Below, in pieces: positions 1 through 12,789 of a DNA stretch of 49,732 nucleotides (position 1 is the stretch's first letter; each line of letters opens with the position of its first letter). This DNA is from Octopus sinensis. Taxonomy: Eukaryota. The stretch spans positions 1 through 49,732 of the forward strand of contig NW_021833852.1 of assembly GCF_006345805.1 (NCBI RefSeq), given 5' to 3'. The notes below the pieces were generated by a model. That model had not been told where the DNA came from and ran no database searches. It worked only from the letters and a program-made list of their open reading frames with translations. A program made the position numbers and the translations under genes.

Positions 1-475
1 CGCACGGCTGTTTGAGGTATATTCTTCCATTGATTAAAATAAACTTTTCAGCTTTCTTTTTAAGGCAGTAAACTTTTTGTCTCGATTGATTTTCGATATT
101 TTGTCCATTTAAAACTTTTTCTAGCAATCGATACTCATCCATATCTCTTACAAAAGAACCGACATAAGTAACACAGAAGAAACACGCCTTTATATACATT
201 CTGTTCAAAAAAAACGTGACCACTTGAAAATGTGTGTTTTTCCAATTTTTATTGATTGGAGGTTATTGTTTGCATTTTTGGAGGTTATTGATGGCTTCAT
301 GCTTGGTTTGAACTTTCTCACTAATGGATTCAAGCTTTTCAGGACTCCCATTCACTTCCGAACAATATTTGGGAGACTTTGATTTTCTTTCTGATTCCGC
401 AGTGTTTTCAGTTTTTACCAAAAATAACTCGATTACCAAACATATATTTTTGTGACAATAGTCCATGCATTAAAG

Positions 476-1107
476 CAGTGGTTCTTAACCTTTATTTTTG
501 TACCACCACCTTGGAATTTTTTTCGCCCCTCCAATTTTTTTATTTCATTAGTAAAAATTTTTATTTAAAAAATAAGAGTTTTAATGAGATCCTTGTGGTT
601 GATGAAGATTGACAAGTTTTTCAAAATTTGTATTTCTTTTCGTAAGTGTAATTCTAATGTCAAAATTCTTTTTTAATTCTAAAAAAAAAGTCTGGCTTTT
701 TTTCAATTGAATTATGATGTTTTTGCTTTAAATGTTCAATAAACGAGACGGTTTCATTGCCTCATTCGAACAAATTGTACCACATTGAAGACAAAGTGGT
801 TTATTAGGATCTTGAGGATCTTTAATAAATCCAAGAGAAATATATTCATCTTTATACATTCTGACTTTTTTTGAACACGACCCATAAAGACAACTAGAAA
901 TCACGCTTAGAAATTTAAATAAAATATGATAAAAATATCATATTATTAATAAATATTATTAGACTCGATTATGTATCTTTATTTTTTCAAAGATTATAGA
1001 CTTATAACATAAGATTTTAATTTTTCAAATATTAGCAATCAGCCATCGCCCCCCTACCAACAAAAATCGCCCCTAGGGGGCGAATCGCCCACCGTTGAGA
1101 ACCACTG
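476..1107. mobile_element. Non-autonomous hAT (Charlie/Buster-type) MITE inserted in the Tc1 element
   Basis: TIRs CAGTGGTTCTTAACC (476) and reverse complement CAGTGGTTCTCAACG (ending 1107). 8-bp TSD cattaaag (468-475) / cagtaaag (1108-1115), 7/8 match. Confidence 0.8.
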
Positions 1108-1719
1108 CAGTAAAGTGTGGATTTATCACCATAGCAAAAGAAGTCCCCAGTTTTGAGTTCTTTATTACAACACCGACACTTGAGGCATTCAACAGATATC
1201 TTTCACCGCGAAAATATCGAACATTATTTCTTTTATTTGCTGAAAATAACTCAAATTTTGTTTCATCGGAGAAAATAATTTTGCCTAGATCTTCAGACGA
1301 GATCCCTAAATAATTTTCAGCAAATAATTTTCTCTTTAACACGTTTACTGGTCGTAATAACGGTTTTTTACATGGTTTTCGATTTTTAGCCCAAAAGAAT
1401 ATAAAGCATTCCTTATTGTTGATCGAGAAAGTCGTAAATTGTGCTCAGATTCAATGTAATTTGCAATTTCTTGTAAAGTGGAAAAATGATTTTGATCATA
1501 TTTCGTCAATATTGCGTTTTTAATCGCCAGAGTAAGTTTTTCTGGACGACCAGAACCGACGGCACGTTCAAAAGGCATTCCGTTTTTCATTTTCGCGCTG
1601 ACTTGCTGCACGAAAGATTTTGAAACATTGAATTCTTTGGCGATTGTTCTTTGTGAGCCTCTTCGCCTTAAGTGTTCCGCAATTAAATATTTTTTGATCA
1701 GGAAACTTTGAGATGACAT
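1108..1719 (-). pseudogene. Tc1 transposase N-terminal half (paired-type HTH, GSGRP, KKPLL, IIFSDE first catalytic Asp)
   Basis: ORFs 1345-1719 and 1073-1342 join if one A is added to the run at 1364-1369 (VKKPLLRPVNVLKRKLFA...IIFSDETKF). The rest is deleted or interrupted by the MITE. Confidence 0.8.
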
Positions 1720-2419
1720 CGTGCTGTATTTTGAAATTAATTTATTAAAGAAAAATCAATTAATTATAAAAAAAGTGTAACAAAAATAAGTGGTCACGTT
1801 TTTTTTAAACAAAGATTTTTTTTAAATACTTGGTTAGCTTGGGAATATAGCCGATCATGAAATAATAAATAATGAATCATGTAGATTAAACGATTTTAAA
1901 TTTAGTATTCTTTGAAAATTTTTAAAAATAAAATACAAAAATTAAGAAAAACACATATTTTTCAAGTGGTCACGTTTTTTTTGAACAGACTGTATATATT
2001 ACAATTACAGATGTATGGTTATCCGGATATTTTTGTTTTAATATTTAATAGATTAATTTTAAACTTTTCGGGGCACCTTCGCATTTTGCTGCAAATTAAA
2101 AATTTTGGCGCCCCAAACCGGAGTCGAACTGCAATAATAACTACTTAATTATTTAATTGAGAACTGTAACTCCACAAAGAAAGATGGATGGGACTTCAAA
2201 GATCTCCTTCCTTTTATATTACTCCTCTTAAGCTCTTTATACCTTATAATATATAGTTTGTCGTCTCTTGCAGACTGAATTCCAGAAAATGACCAGAAAA
2301 CAAGATACTCTGAAACTTGTCTTAAAAACAGCTGGCTGGATATAAACCTGTAAAGATTTATCAAAAATACAACTGCATCAAGTAACCCCGGTGATATTTG
2401 ATGAGGAGTCACAACATGT

Positions 2420-3405
2420 AATCACACATGGGAGCAGAGACATTAGACTGGGAAATCAGCCTTAGCTTGTTTAAGAAAACGTTATACTTATTCTCTTACA
2501 CTATCTCCAAATGATCTATGCATATGATAGCCACTTCCATAAAAAATAATCATTCCGGTGGCATCAACATAGACTACAATGTATGTTGACAACAATAGAG
2601 GTGCGTATTGAGGTATGACAATAAAAAAACGAATGTTGTAGCATTTTCTCATTATTAAAAACATTAATCCGCCTAGAAAAACCGTTTTTTCAATATTTCT
2701 CTCAGAAATCCAGATATTTTTTTCAACTACTGTTTTTGAGTCAAAATGATTTACATTTGCGCTCTAAAATATTTAAAGATTCAATTAAATTTTTTAATAA
2801 TGTTCATTGATGTCAACTTTGATATAAATTTTAATCAGATTGGAATATTATAGATCAACTGTTTTGTTTTTAGATTAAAATAGATTTATCGTTCTATCAA
2901 AGCACAAAACTAAAAATCAATTTTAAATATCACTTAGCTTATTTTTTATGAATTTGGATTATTCTTGACGTTATTCGTTTTAATTTCTTACAAGATTTAA
3001 ATATTTTTTTCCTGGGATACCATACTCACCCAGATAAAATATTATCTATACTAACATAACTTTCTGTCCAGTTTGTCATGTCTGGCCAGCGTTTGTTAGT
3101 AAAAGATCATGATGAATATAATTTCCTGAGATTTATTCTCAACAACGAGGGGGTTGATCTTCCCAAACATAAGAAGTATTGACTAAAAAAGAAAGGAGAA
3201 AATTCTTATGTGACAAAAATATGTGAAGAGTTTTGTGTTTGAGAAGTACATGGGAAACCAAACATTTGTTGAACGATTTTATCAGATGATCACAAGGAGC
3301 CTTTCAAGAATTATGAGTTCGAATGACAACAAAGAGTGGATAAAACACATAAGAAAGGTTCTGTTTTTGTACAATCAAACACCCCACTTATCTATAGGTG
3401 AATTA
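2420..3405 (+). mobile_element. Decayed rve-type integrase (Gypsy/Ginger/Polinton-like) remnants
   Basis: HNM*SHMGAETL (HHCC-like, ~2410-2440), IIPVAST*TTMYVD (~2548-2592), and VERFYQMITRSLSRIM...KEWIKHIRKVLFLYNQTPHLSIG (3265-3400), which matches the ERxN...W...YNxTxHSSIG integrase core end. Confidence 0.45.
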
Positions 3406-3464
3406 TTTGTTTTAACTTGAATTTTTTTGCAGGCGTTTGCCTCTTCAGGAAATACTGATGTATT

Positions 3465-3690
3465 TATTTTTATTTATTTATTAACCCCCAAGCTTGCATA
3501 GCAAACACAGCACAAACAGTCATAGCTAACTAATCGAATGAAGAAGCCAAGGAAGAAAGAACTGTCTGTGCCGATCAGCATTAGCCTCCAAATCTCCAAT
3601 ACAGCTTTCCGGATCCAAAGAGAAGTGGAGAATATCTGGTGCGCCCAGTTCCCATTTGTCAGCCTCCTACCGTTGTCAGCCTCCTAATCT
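3465..3690 (-). mobile_element. Probable 3' end of a non-LTR retrotransposon with (TAAA)n tail
   Basis: GC-richer block ending on the minus strand in GGGGGTTAATAAATAAATAAAAATAAAT. No TSD found. Contains a 14-bp direct repeat (ttgtcagcctccta x2, ~3655-3687). Confidence 0.3.
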
Positions 3691-3747
3691 CTAATTAAAA
3701 AAAATTTATTAAAATAATATTAGAACAAATAGACTCAAGAAAAAAAA

Positions 3748-4141
3748 TTAACGATTTTCTCTCATTTGACGGAAAAATTCAGCAAAGACTGGGTCTTCAG
3801 ATCTAACAAATGAATCGCCTATAATTAACAATAATGGCAAATCTTCTGCAGGTGCATTTATAGGACAGTATGTATCAACTCTATAAAAATAAAATAACAA
3901 TGACAAACAATAATCTCACAAGATCAATATTATTTCCTGACGATCTAATAATTATAAAATCACTTTTTTACAAAAATACCCTGAATTGATAAAATCAAAA
4001 CTATCTATTATTGGATTCTAAAAATAACAATAATTTGTTTTACTTCAAAATTCGTATTGTTTCCATTTGAATTGTTTTGATTTGTAAATGACTAAATAGA
4101 ATATATTGAAAAATAAGAAAAACCAAAGGAGGCTTCACCAT
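3748..4141 (-). CDS. Possible small spliced gene, product unknown
   Basis: Several 26-40 nt GT..AG AT-rich blocks separate short open exons. Last exon reads VDTYCPINAPAEDLPLLLIIGDSFVRSEDPVFAEFFRQMRENR*. The exon chain is not uniquely resolvable. Confidence 0.3.
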
Positions 4142-5094
4142 TTTATAAAATTGCCGGCATTTTAAATATAAATAATTGATAATTTTCAAAAATAACGCAC
4201 TTAAATAATCAGTAATAATTAAAATTGGTCTACTTAGTTTAATTTAAAATATTTTTATTGAGTTTATTTAATTATTACTAGTTATCGTTTAATAAAAATA
4301 TATTTTTATAAGTATTAAAAGAAAATTAAACCTTTTAGGTCATTAGACAGTTCGCTCTCATGCCTGTCAAGATGCGGTTGAATAGACAAGCATTGATTAG
4401 CAATTCGAATAGGTATTGATTTTTAAATATATTCTTGTTCACATTAAGAATTAAGACCAGACATCTATTTTATATTATTTAACGGAAAATTGAAATCGAT
4501 AAATACATAAATACAACCTGTTCGCTAGTAAATTCTCATTTTTAAAATGAATATATTACGTTTGGTGCTAACTGGGGATGGTATTGAGAGCAATTTTTAC
4601 AAGCACCATTAGAATACAGTCAAAATAGACGATTGGGCCTATATTTGGAGTACTGTAATAATGAAAACCCTGGAAAGTATGCGATTTAAATGCAGGAATG
4701 GGTGGATTGACAATAAGAACTGTCAAAAAACAGGTCAACGATTTAACGATTGACACTACAAAAAAATAATGTAAAATTAACAAGTGGGAAAAAAGACTTT
4801 AAGGTCCGAGTGATAGTTAGTGCCCGGTCTTTTGATAGAGAAAAGACTGTGAGTAGGGTAGAAAGTAACTCAAAAAGAAGACTTGAAAATTTATCAGATT
4901 CTTCTGAATATTTAATAACGACTTAGCCAACTTTTATTAATTATTTGAAATTAATCGTCATTTTAATTCTTATAAATTTAAAAAGAATCTGTGACTGAAC
5001 TATTGTATTAGCCTTATTTTCATCATTTTGAAAATATTAATGATACGAGATGTTTAAAGAAACTTAACATACTCAGAGGTTTTCTTCAGAAATG

Positions 5095-5360
5095 CAGGAA
5101 GTGGACGAGCCTCCCCACTTGCCAAACCGTCTATAAGCAATGCATAAAACCAACAATTAGTTACGCCTGCGCAGCGTGGGGAAATACGATCACCTATACC
5201 AATCGGGAAAAAATTTCGAAAACTCAATCAAGAATTTGCAAAAATCTGGAAGAACCAAACGAACAACTAAATGTTGGCACTTTTGAGGAAATCTTGCAAA
5301 GAAACGGGGAGATGACATACCCAATGATACACCCGCCGCGCCCATACAGAAAATGTTTGG
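5095..5360 (+). mobile_element. Decayed LINE ORF2 C-terminal (thumb) fragment
   Basis: RKWTSLPTCQTVYKQCIKPTISYACAAWGN...REKISKTQSRICK matches the LYKxxIRPxLEYAxxxW...KLQxxQNRxLR pattern of APE-type LINEs. Confidence 0.5.
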
Positions 5361-5949
5361 GAAAAGGGGAAGAACGTCAGTGAAAAATGAGGACCCTCCT
5401 TAGAGAATCACCTGATTACACCAGTGAACAAATTGACAGACAATTTCCCTGGAGGATTGCAAAAGAAATCCTTGTGAATTCAAAACGATTATTTTTGAAA
5501 TGAAACATTTTAATTGGAAAACAATTAAGCGTGAAAAGTATACTGATGTCGGGAATGGAAGAGTGTTCGTCCCCCTGACAGTCGAGACGTCTGTAATACA
5601 GGGTTATGTAAAGGGTTACAGGAAACCAATATTAAATAAGTTTCACGTTGAGTTCTGTAAATTGTTCTTTTAAATTTCAGATTAGACAACTATCATGAGA
5701 ATTAATTTACGTCGGGAATTACTCATATAAATAAAATTATTGCATTATTCGGACAAGTTAAAATTATACAATGACAAAGGGAAAAAAGAAAACAACTTTC
5801 GAAAAACAAAATTCCGAGTCCTATAGCATTTGGAAAGGAGATGAAGAAACTCCAGAATGGTTAAAAAATTCAGGCCTGCAGCTTGATCCCACAAATGAAA
5901 TTACAATGGCAGTTTTGCAAAAGCTGCTAAAAAAATAAATCGTTCTTGA

Positions 5950-6945
5950 TTGTTTACTTTTTCTGGTTTTCTTGTCTTTTCTTATGAATTAAACTTGGAA
6001 TCATCCTTTGCGTATCCTGCTCAGAGCCACGATACCCAACAACTTTCTGCGGACAATTTCTTCGCAACATCTGTGTTATCCGAAGCATAAACAATTTCGG
6101 TAATACAGCCGTCGTCGAAAGTCGTCAAATCTCTCAAGGTGACTTCCACGTAAATGAGAAGTACAGAAGAGGCGAGAAAAAGTCTCTTTGTGAGCTGCTG
6201 ACATTCGTTTTAAACCGCCTTGAGAGAGATGATAAAACATGAACGAATAATTGTCTTAGCAAGCAGTGCCCCTATCATTCTGACTTAGTTATCAGCCAGG
6301 AAACTTTGTGGGACTCCGATAAGTAGGTTAAGGCGCACATAGTCAAAAGCTTTTGACATGTCGATACCGAGGTGGATCTGTTGAATCACATCGCCATTTT
6401 TGACTCTAGACAATATCCGCAGTGGATCTTCCTACCCTGAATCCGCTCTGACTGGACGCCAGATATTCATTAACACTCACGTTTATGTGACGCAGTACAA
6501 CTAGCGATAGGAGTTTCCTCGGAGTGTTAGAAGCATGACAGGACGTAAATATTCCACCGAGGCGGAGATTTTGTTGGCTTTTTGTATAGGAATAAGTGTG
6601 CCTGCCTCTAGTAGGAGTGGGTCCTGGGTAGTGAACATATCATTGAATATGGTCACAATTTTGTCCATAAGTGACTTTGGACCATGCTTAATCAGCTCTG
6701 TATTGACGTGGCCTGGTCCAGCGGCCCGACAGTTTTTAAGTTTGCTAGTAGCTCAAAGACCTCCTCCACTGTGATGGGCCTGTCGGTGTGTGCGTCTGTG
6801 TTAATAAAAAGGAGAATGTCGTCCGTGGTTAATTTGAATTGATTTTCAAAATGATCTGATATTAGTTCGGCTTGAACAGTGAGGTCGTGAATAATTTTTC
6901 CTGTGTCATTGATGAGTTCGCTGTGTTTTTTACTTTTAAGTAGTC
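5950..6945 (-). mobile_element. Decayed non-LTR reverse transcriptase (RTE-like)
   Basis: Minus frames give LKNCRAAGPGHVNTELIKHG, LIPIQKANK...YLRPVMLL, LGIDMSKAFDYV, SLSPLLFxIYVEVTLRDL and EIVYA-D-NTD. Several stops and frameshifts. Confidence 0.8.
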
Positions 6946-6958
6946 GTATGGTATAAAA

Positions 6959-8640
6959 CAGGGGTTGGCAGGACTTTTGTCTTCACGGACCAAAATTTTA
7001 TTTTTGTATGCGATCCGATCCAAATGAGAAAAATCCTTATCGGTCGCAAAAATAACGATATACGAGAATCCTCTTGGCTAAGACAGAGGATCTCGTTTCG
7101 TTTGCAATCGTGAACGGTAACGCACAAAGTATCTGTTTTGCTTGGAACGAATTGTTCCAAGGCAACGTTTGCAGATTTATTAGTTAGAAATGACTACAAA
7201 GAAGTGAATTTATTTTAGTCATTAATCTGACTAGTTGCTAAACGCAGTATATCGTTAAGATGTGAATCGGTCATTCTCATTCTCAGACAATTTTTTACAT
7301 TATTCATTTTGGAGAATAACTGTTCACATAAAAATGTGCTTCCAAATATACAAGTCATTTTTTTAGCATTGTCGGTTAATTGTGGATATTTTTTGACACA
7401 TACAAAATTTTTGCAGAAGTTCAAAATATCTAATTCAGAAAAATATTTTGATCTAAGTGTAGTGTCGCATTGAATTTAAGGTAATTCCATTTGATAACAA
7501 TCTGGTACTGTTTCAATTTCAACATCAAATGGGATTGAAAAAATGTAAAAAAGATTTTTATAAACCTACAAATTTGTAATAAGCATTTTACTCTTAAATC
7601 CATAAAACGTGATGAAAATTCTTATCTCAATTTCATAACTATGTTTGCATATTCCGAAGCATCAGTCGGATTCGTAGAAAGAAAATTCACAAAATGCGTC
7701 ATATTTCCTTTTTGTATCTGTAATTCCCACAACTTCAATTTATTTTCAAAAGGAGTGATTTCGGCATACATTTGATATATAAATTTATTACATCCCTGCA
7801 TTTTCAAATTTAAGTCATTTAGATGTGATGTTATGTCTACCAAAAATGCCAATTTGGAAATATTAATGGTATTTCGGAAATATGAAGCATCATAATTCTT
7901 TTCCTCAAGAAAAATTATGACATCTTCTCGTATTTGAAAAAGCCTTTTGAGCATTGATCCTCTACTAAGCCATCTGACATTACACAAATATAAAAGATCC
8001 TCATATTCTGTTTTGTGACGATTAAAAACTGCCTAAACTGCCGATGATTCAAGCCACGGGATAAAATAAAATTTACTGCGTTAACAACAGCATCCATTGT
8101 CTCGCGTAATTTGACTGATTTGGCAACTAACGCCTTTTGATAAATAATACAGTGAATCTTGGCCAAATTGTACTCAATTCCAAATTTTTCCATTTCATTT
8201 TGGAGTAATGTAATAGTTCCCTTTTTGTTTCCAACCATAGATTGACCCCTATCTGTTGTAATTCTAACTAATTTTGAATGCGGGAGATTTGAAAATGGTT
8301 TCATTCGTTTCGCAATTATCTTTGAAATTTCGTAATTTGTACATGTGATATCATCTTTTTTACATCTCAAATTATTTAAAAAATGTTGTTTGATTTTGTT
8401 CGAGGTTCTTAATTTCCTTTAAGCGAGATTCCCCTGAAAACTTGTTAAATTTTTTACAATGTCGCTTGATGTTATAAAGTTTTTGCACAGCAACTTTTTA
8501 GAAGCATATTAAGCATATAGGGTTTCTATTATCCTCAATAAAGAAATATTCATGAGTCCAATCTGGATTAAACGTACGGGTTTAAAAATCTTTAATTCTT
8601 TTCGGACAATTCGGAATTCAAATTCACAAGACAAACTTAT
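6959..8640 (-). mobile_element. hAT transposon (SPIN/GTF2IRD2-EPM2AIP1-like transposase), internally deleted
   Basis: Terminal CAGGGGTTGGCAG at 6959. Transposase pieces: RTFNPDWTHEYFFIEDNRNPICLI (~8510-8580), ITTDRGQSMVG...IHCIIYQKAL, CNVRWLSRGSML, SKLAFLVDITSHLNDLNLKMQG, FGSTFLCEQLFSKM. The other terminus was not found. Confidence 0.85.
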
Positions 8641-8726
8641 TAACAAGTTTAGAAATTTATTTAATTTTTAATAATATCCCTGACACACAAAATATGGATA
8701 AAATTAAATTTTTGACAATAATTTTT

Positions 8727-8870
8727 TTGGTGTTAATCCCATTTAGTTTACTATTAATCCCATATTTTTTCGTATTAATCCCACTTAATTTTCTGTTAAT
8801 TCTTTTAGTTTTCTGCTAGTCCTATTTAGTTTGTGCTTGATTACACTTTTTCTGGAGTTAATCCCAAATA
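8727..8870. repeat. Degenerate ~21-22 bp minisatellite with core TTAATCCCA
   Basis: Units such as gttaatcccatttagttt, attaatcccatatttt, attaatcccacttaattt, gttaattcttttagttt and gttaatcccaaatag recur at roughly 21-22 bp spacing. Confidence 0.4.
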
Positions 8871-9140
8871 GTATAGATACTACCAAGCAGTTTAGCTTGA
8901 AGACTAGAATAGTAGAGACTTTATGTAAATTTCGTTAATAATTTTTATTCTCAAGTTTAGGAATAGACGATTAAGATTCGGATTTAATAAAAATTCGCAA
9001 AATACATCCCAGGCACTTCTACTCTTAAATTAAAAGATATAACCTATTCGATTATTTTTCATTTTATGAAACTATTCAATTATAATAAATTATTTTATAT
9101 TAAACGTAGAAGATAAAATTTTAATATTAACTGCTGTTGT

Positions 9141-9657
9141 ATGCCTTTTTCATGTGTCACTAAAAGCGTCAAACATGCAACAAAATTTTTTAAGAGAGAA
9201 CAACTCAAAAGGCAAACATGGGTAATAAAAATGTCTTCAATAATAAATTAGCGATACTATGAGAGAAATAGATACATTCATAAATTACAAATTATGACTT
9301 CTAGACAAGCTTTAGTCAATTCTACTCGTCTTAGAAAGGAAAAGGCCAATAATAGTAAAATGGTAAAATGCATATTTTCATTTATAAGTTGTTTGAAACT
9401 CGACTCATTGGAGCCTGTTCGGAATTTGGTCTATCTCATTCTGATGTTTTGGAAGGACTTTCACAGGTGAAATTATGAACTAATATTTTTAGTCAAATAT
9501 TTTTTTAGATAGGAAAATACTTTCTACTTTAGCAATATATGAACCACTATCTTTTAAAAGTTTAGTGGATGTCTCCTGTCAGCCTTTTGAAAATCTACAG
9601 CATATTCCTACCCACAAATCTACTGACTCAGAACTAGTTAAATTAAAAAATTGTTAA
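9141..9657 (+). CDS. MRPL20: Mitochondrial ribosomal protein L20 (bL20m), 145 aa, 4 exons
   Basis: Exons 9141-9221, 9252-9362, 9389-9466, 9493-9657 with phase-0 GT-AG introns of 30, 26 and 26 nt. The product has LFETRLIGACSEFGL...LDRKILSTLAIYEPLSFKSLVDVS, colinear with the L20 LWINRIxAA...[20 protein letters not shown] pattern. Confidence 0.9.
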
Positions 9658-9709
9658 GATTTTCAACATTTATTTGTATTTAAGTGTTAAATAATAAATC
9701 TGTGATAAT

Positions 9710-11581
9710 CTAAAGCCTTGTTTCTTTCATTGACATGAAATTTATTTTCGATTTTTTAACTTTATTATAAAATGTTTCACCAAAAAAGAAAATCCCAATA
9801 GAAACAATTGAACAAATAAGTGGAAGGGAACTTAAAAACATATATGGGATTTTAGAAAATCTAGGCAATTTAAAAACATTTTTTACATTCTAAGCTCTTT
9901 TTTAATAGCCTGATCAATTATTATCCAAATTGCTAATCCACTACCCATAATGAGACCAAATATGGCGTTCTAAGTTAAACTTATGAAAATTAACATTCGG
10001 CGATATTCTTTTAAAATGAATTGCTGTCAAAAAACAGACAAGAATTGGTGTCCCAAAGCAGGATAGAATTGTAATCGCGACCTATATAGTTTAGATATGT
10101 TAAATACTTCAATTTCTGCTGCATCGTCCAACATTGGAGTAAAGGATAGTCCTGTGATTATGAGGCCAAATACGAGACCTTTAAAGTCACAAAAATAAAG
10201 AAAACAAATCATTCGTGAAACAAAAAAGGATTTTCTTTCATACTCATCGTCGGTTATTGACTTTTTTAGTCGATCAACAAAAGGTTTATATGCAACTGAA
10301 GAGACTGCATTTATACCAGAAGATAATGAGCTAATATGATATATATCTCCAAACCTGATGGCAGCAGAGAATAAAGTTGCCATAAATAAGCCGGAAATAC
10401 CTTTATATTGAGTAAGGACATCGGTTACAACATAAAATAAAATCTAACATATGACCGCAATGTATACATATCGTTCTTCATATCCAAGTTTAATTAGCTT
10501 TTCTTTTGGAAAGACAATTTTGGCAGCAATCCCAGCACAAGCACATAACGTAAAGAAGATCCAATTCCCGATATGATGACAGTAAAGTGCTCTTTCAGAT
10601 TAATATAAAATAAACGTTTGAGCCCTTCGTGTTGTACCAAGTGCAAGATATCTTGAAATCATTGCTTGGTTAGTTCCATATATGCTTGATGTTAACATAA
10701 TAGAGCCTATTAAGTAGCTCAATAATCTTCAATTAACAAGATTTTTATAAAACCTTTTCGGATGAATGGTTTCAGTTGCCGCTGTTTTTTTAAATTCTTG
10801 TATAATGTCTGCTCCTGGTTGCCTTGAAGTAAGAATTAAAATGGATATTAGGCCAATTGCAATGAAAATCATTTGTAACATGTCTGTCCAAACAACACCG
10901 CTAATGCCACCCTTTAAGTTATAAACAATATGTACTATTGTTGTATAAATCGTCACAATAACTGAAATTATTAGTATCGACGCCCAAACCGGCCATCCAG
11001 TAACTATTAATATTAGTTGCTTTTAATATATAACTGATGTGTAATAGTTTTGCGGGCAAATATAAAACGACAGACAGGGATGCAGTCTAAAATGAAAAAA
11101 TATCAAAAAAATCGTTTACAGTTTGTATTATATAAATTAGGGAACATAGCTTTTCCATTTTATCTGATTTATATCTATTAGTTAAAATCTGAAATTATTT
11201 CATTATATAAGTCATACTTGATATCCGTTGATAAGATTATTTTCCATTAAATGTGGGATAATCAAATGTGCAGTTATAAGAGTCCCCGGTAAATATCCAA
11301 CTGCTAACCAAAAGTACGAAAGCCCCCCGGAATATATTCATATGTAACTCCGGTTATGAATATTGCTGATTGAAAGTTGGCAACCAATGATAAGCTGCAT
11401 GCTATAACATTCATATTTCTACTTCCAACTAAATATTCCTCAAGTTTATTCTATTTTAACCAATTAGTTAAACTTAAATTACTTTCACATTTCTCTTAGA
11501 GTACCAAATGACAATAGAGAAGACTATTGATAATAACGGAATCAAGGTAAATATAACTATATCTACAGTCCCAAAAACCAT
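9710..11581 (-). CDS. SLC5 sodium:solute symporter (SMVT/SMCT-like), multi-exon
   Basis: EEYLVGSRNM...SLSLVANFQSAIFITG, YTTI|GGISGVVWTDMLQ, YLALGTTRRA, ATLFSAAI|SSLSSGINAVSSV, NAIFGLIMG. Introns 24-30 nt. One frameshift at the C6 run 11323-11328. ATG at 11581, TAG at 9710-9712. Confidence 0.9.
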
Positions 11582-11994
11582 TTAAATTGTGCTGTTTTAC
11601 ACGCTTTTATATTGCATATTAATTTTTATCTTAATATGTGGTTAACGAGATTTTTCTAAAAACTGTAACTTTTTTTACAGAGAACGTTATTCGATGTTAT
11701 TTAAATATGCATATCTTAACGTTATTAATTTACAAAAAATGTATTTCTGTTTTAAACTAGTTACACTTTAACTCTGATGACGTTACTTAAATTCAAAAAA
11801 TCATTCAAAAGAATAAATTTATTGTGGTTATATAAAATTAATATTAGACGGATGGTTATGACAAAGCATGACTAATATTTCGTGGTATTTAAATTGTATT
11901 AAATCATTTAAAATTTTACAAATGCATAAAACAAAATTTTAAAACGCATGATAAACTTTAATATAATTTAAAAATAAAAATTAAACTATCTTGG

Positions 11995-12135
11995 ACACCA
12001 AGGACAACAAGCTATGTCACCCTTGAGGATGACCTCAAAATCACTGGGAAGCGCCTTAAGATGGAAAGGATCTCTACACTTTATGCCACGCGGCTTGGAA
12101 TAGAATTAAATAAAGAAAGCTGCTCAGGGATCTGA
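11995..12135 (+). mobile_element. Possible RTE-type LINE 3' coding end
   Basis: PRTTSYVTLEDDLKITGKRL resembles the GRPRTTW...DLK RTE C-terminus. Confidence 0.35.
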
Positions 12136-12429
12136 CTTATTGTGCCGCACATGCTTTGTCATGACTGATAACATCGCCTAGTACCGATAATAATAATCCC
12201 TGCTTCTCAGAAGGATCAATAATGTTTAGGTCTATATTCCGCTTTATATTATTTGTTACCACTTTGGAGTTGCTTCATTGGTTGTTTTCAATTATAGACT
12301 CTTGCAGTCTTTTCATTTATTTCTAATTCTCGTTTAATGTGATAGGAGAGTGAAAATATTTTTTAAATAGCAGCCGACATACAGTCGGTCGTGCTTCAGG
12401 AGATTTCTATTTTAGAGTCTGATATATAA

Positions 12430-12590
12430 TTAAAGACAATTATCCATTTTGGATTCTCTTAATTGCTCTAAACTGGGGCGGCCAATTAGAAATGCCTCGC
12501 TAACAAATTTTATAATACTAAAGGAAATTGGCCCGAAAACAAATTTACTGCCCCGTGGGACATTAGTGAATTATTTTTGTATTTATTGTG
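12430..12590 (-). mobile_element. Decayed RT fragment (non-LTR)
   Basis: NVPRGSKFVFGPISFSII resembles the RT motif GVPQGSVLGPxLFxIY. Confidence 0.4.
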
Positions 12591-12789
12591 ACTCAAAAGA
12601 TTTTCAAGCTCGTAAATTTAATGCAGATTTGACTTAGGACTATCTTATATAGAGAATAATGAAAAACATTTTTTAAAATAATTTTAGCTTTAAAAATAAT
12701 ATCGTATGTACTAGTTCCTAAATTTCAAAAATAATTGCAAAACAAATGAAGCAAACAATGAAGCAAATATATCAAAGAATACTTAACTG

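Larger units (their letters stand above)
197..1992 (-). mobile_element. Tc1/mariner (IS630-Tc1) DNA transposon, defective, with nested hAT MITE
   Basis: About 45-bp TIRs (CATTCTGTTCAAAAAAAACGTGACCACTTGAAAA at 197; reverse complement CAGTCTGTTCAAAAAAAACGTGACCACTTGAAAA ending 1992). Flanked by TA at 195-196 and 1993-1994. An extra inner copy of the TIR core lies near 1787-1812. Confidence 0.85.

Noticed and set aside
2106-2129. A tRNA gene, intact or permuted
   Set aside because: Only a 3'-end-like 24-mer is present; no D-arm, anticodon arm or matching 5' T-stem can be found.
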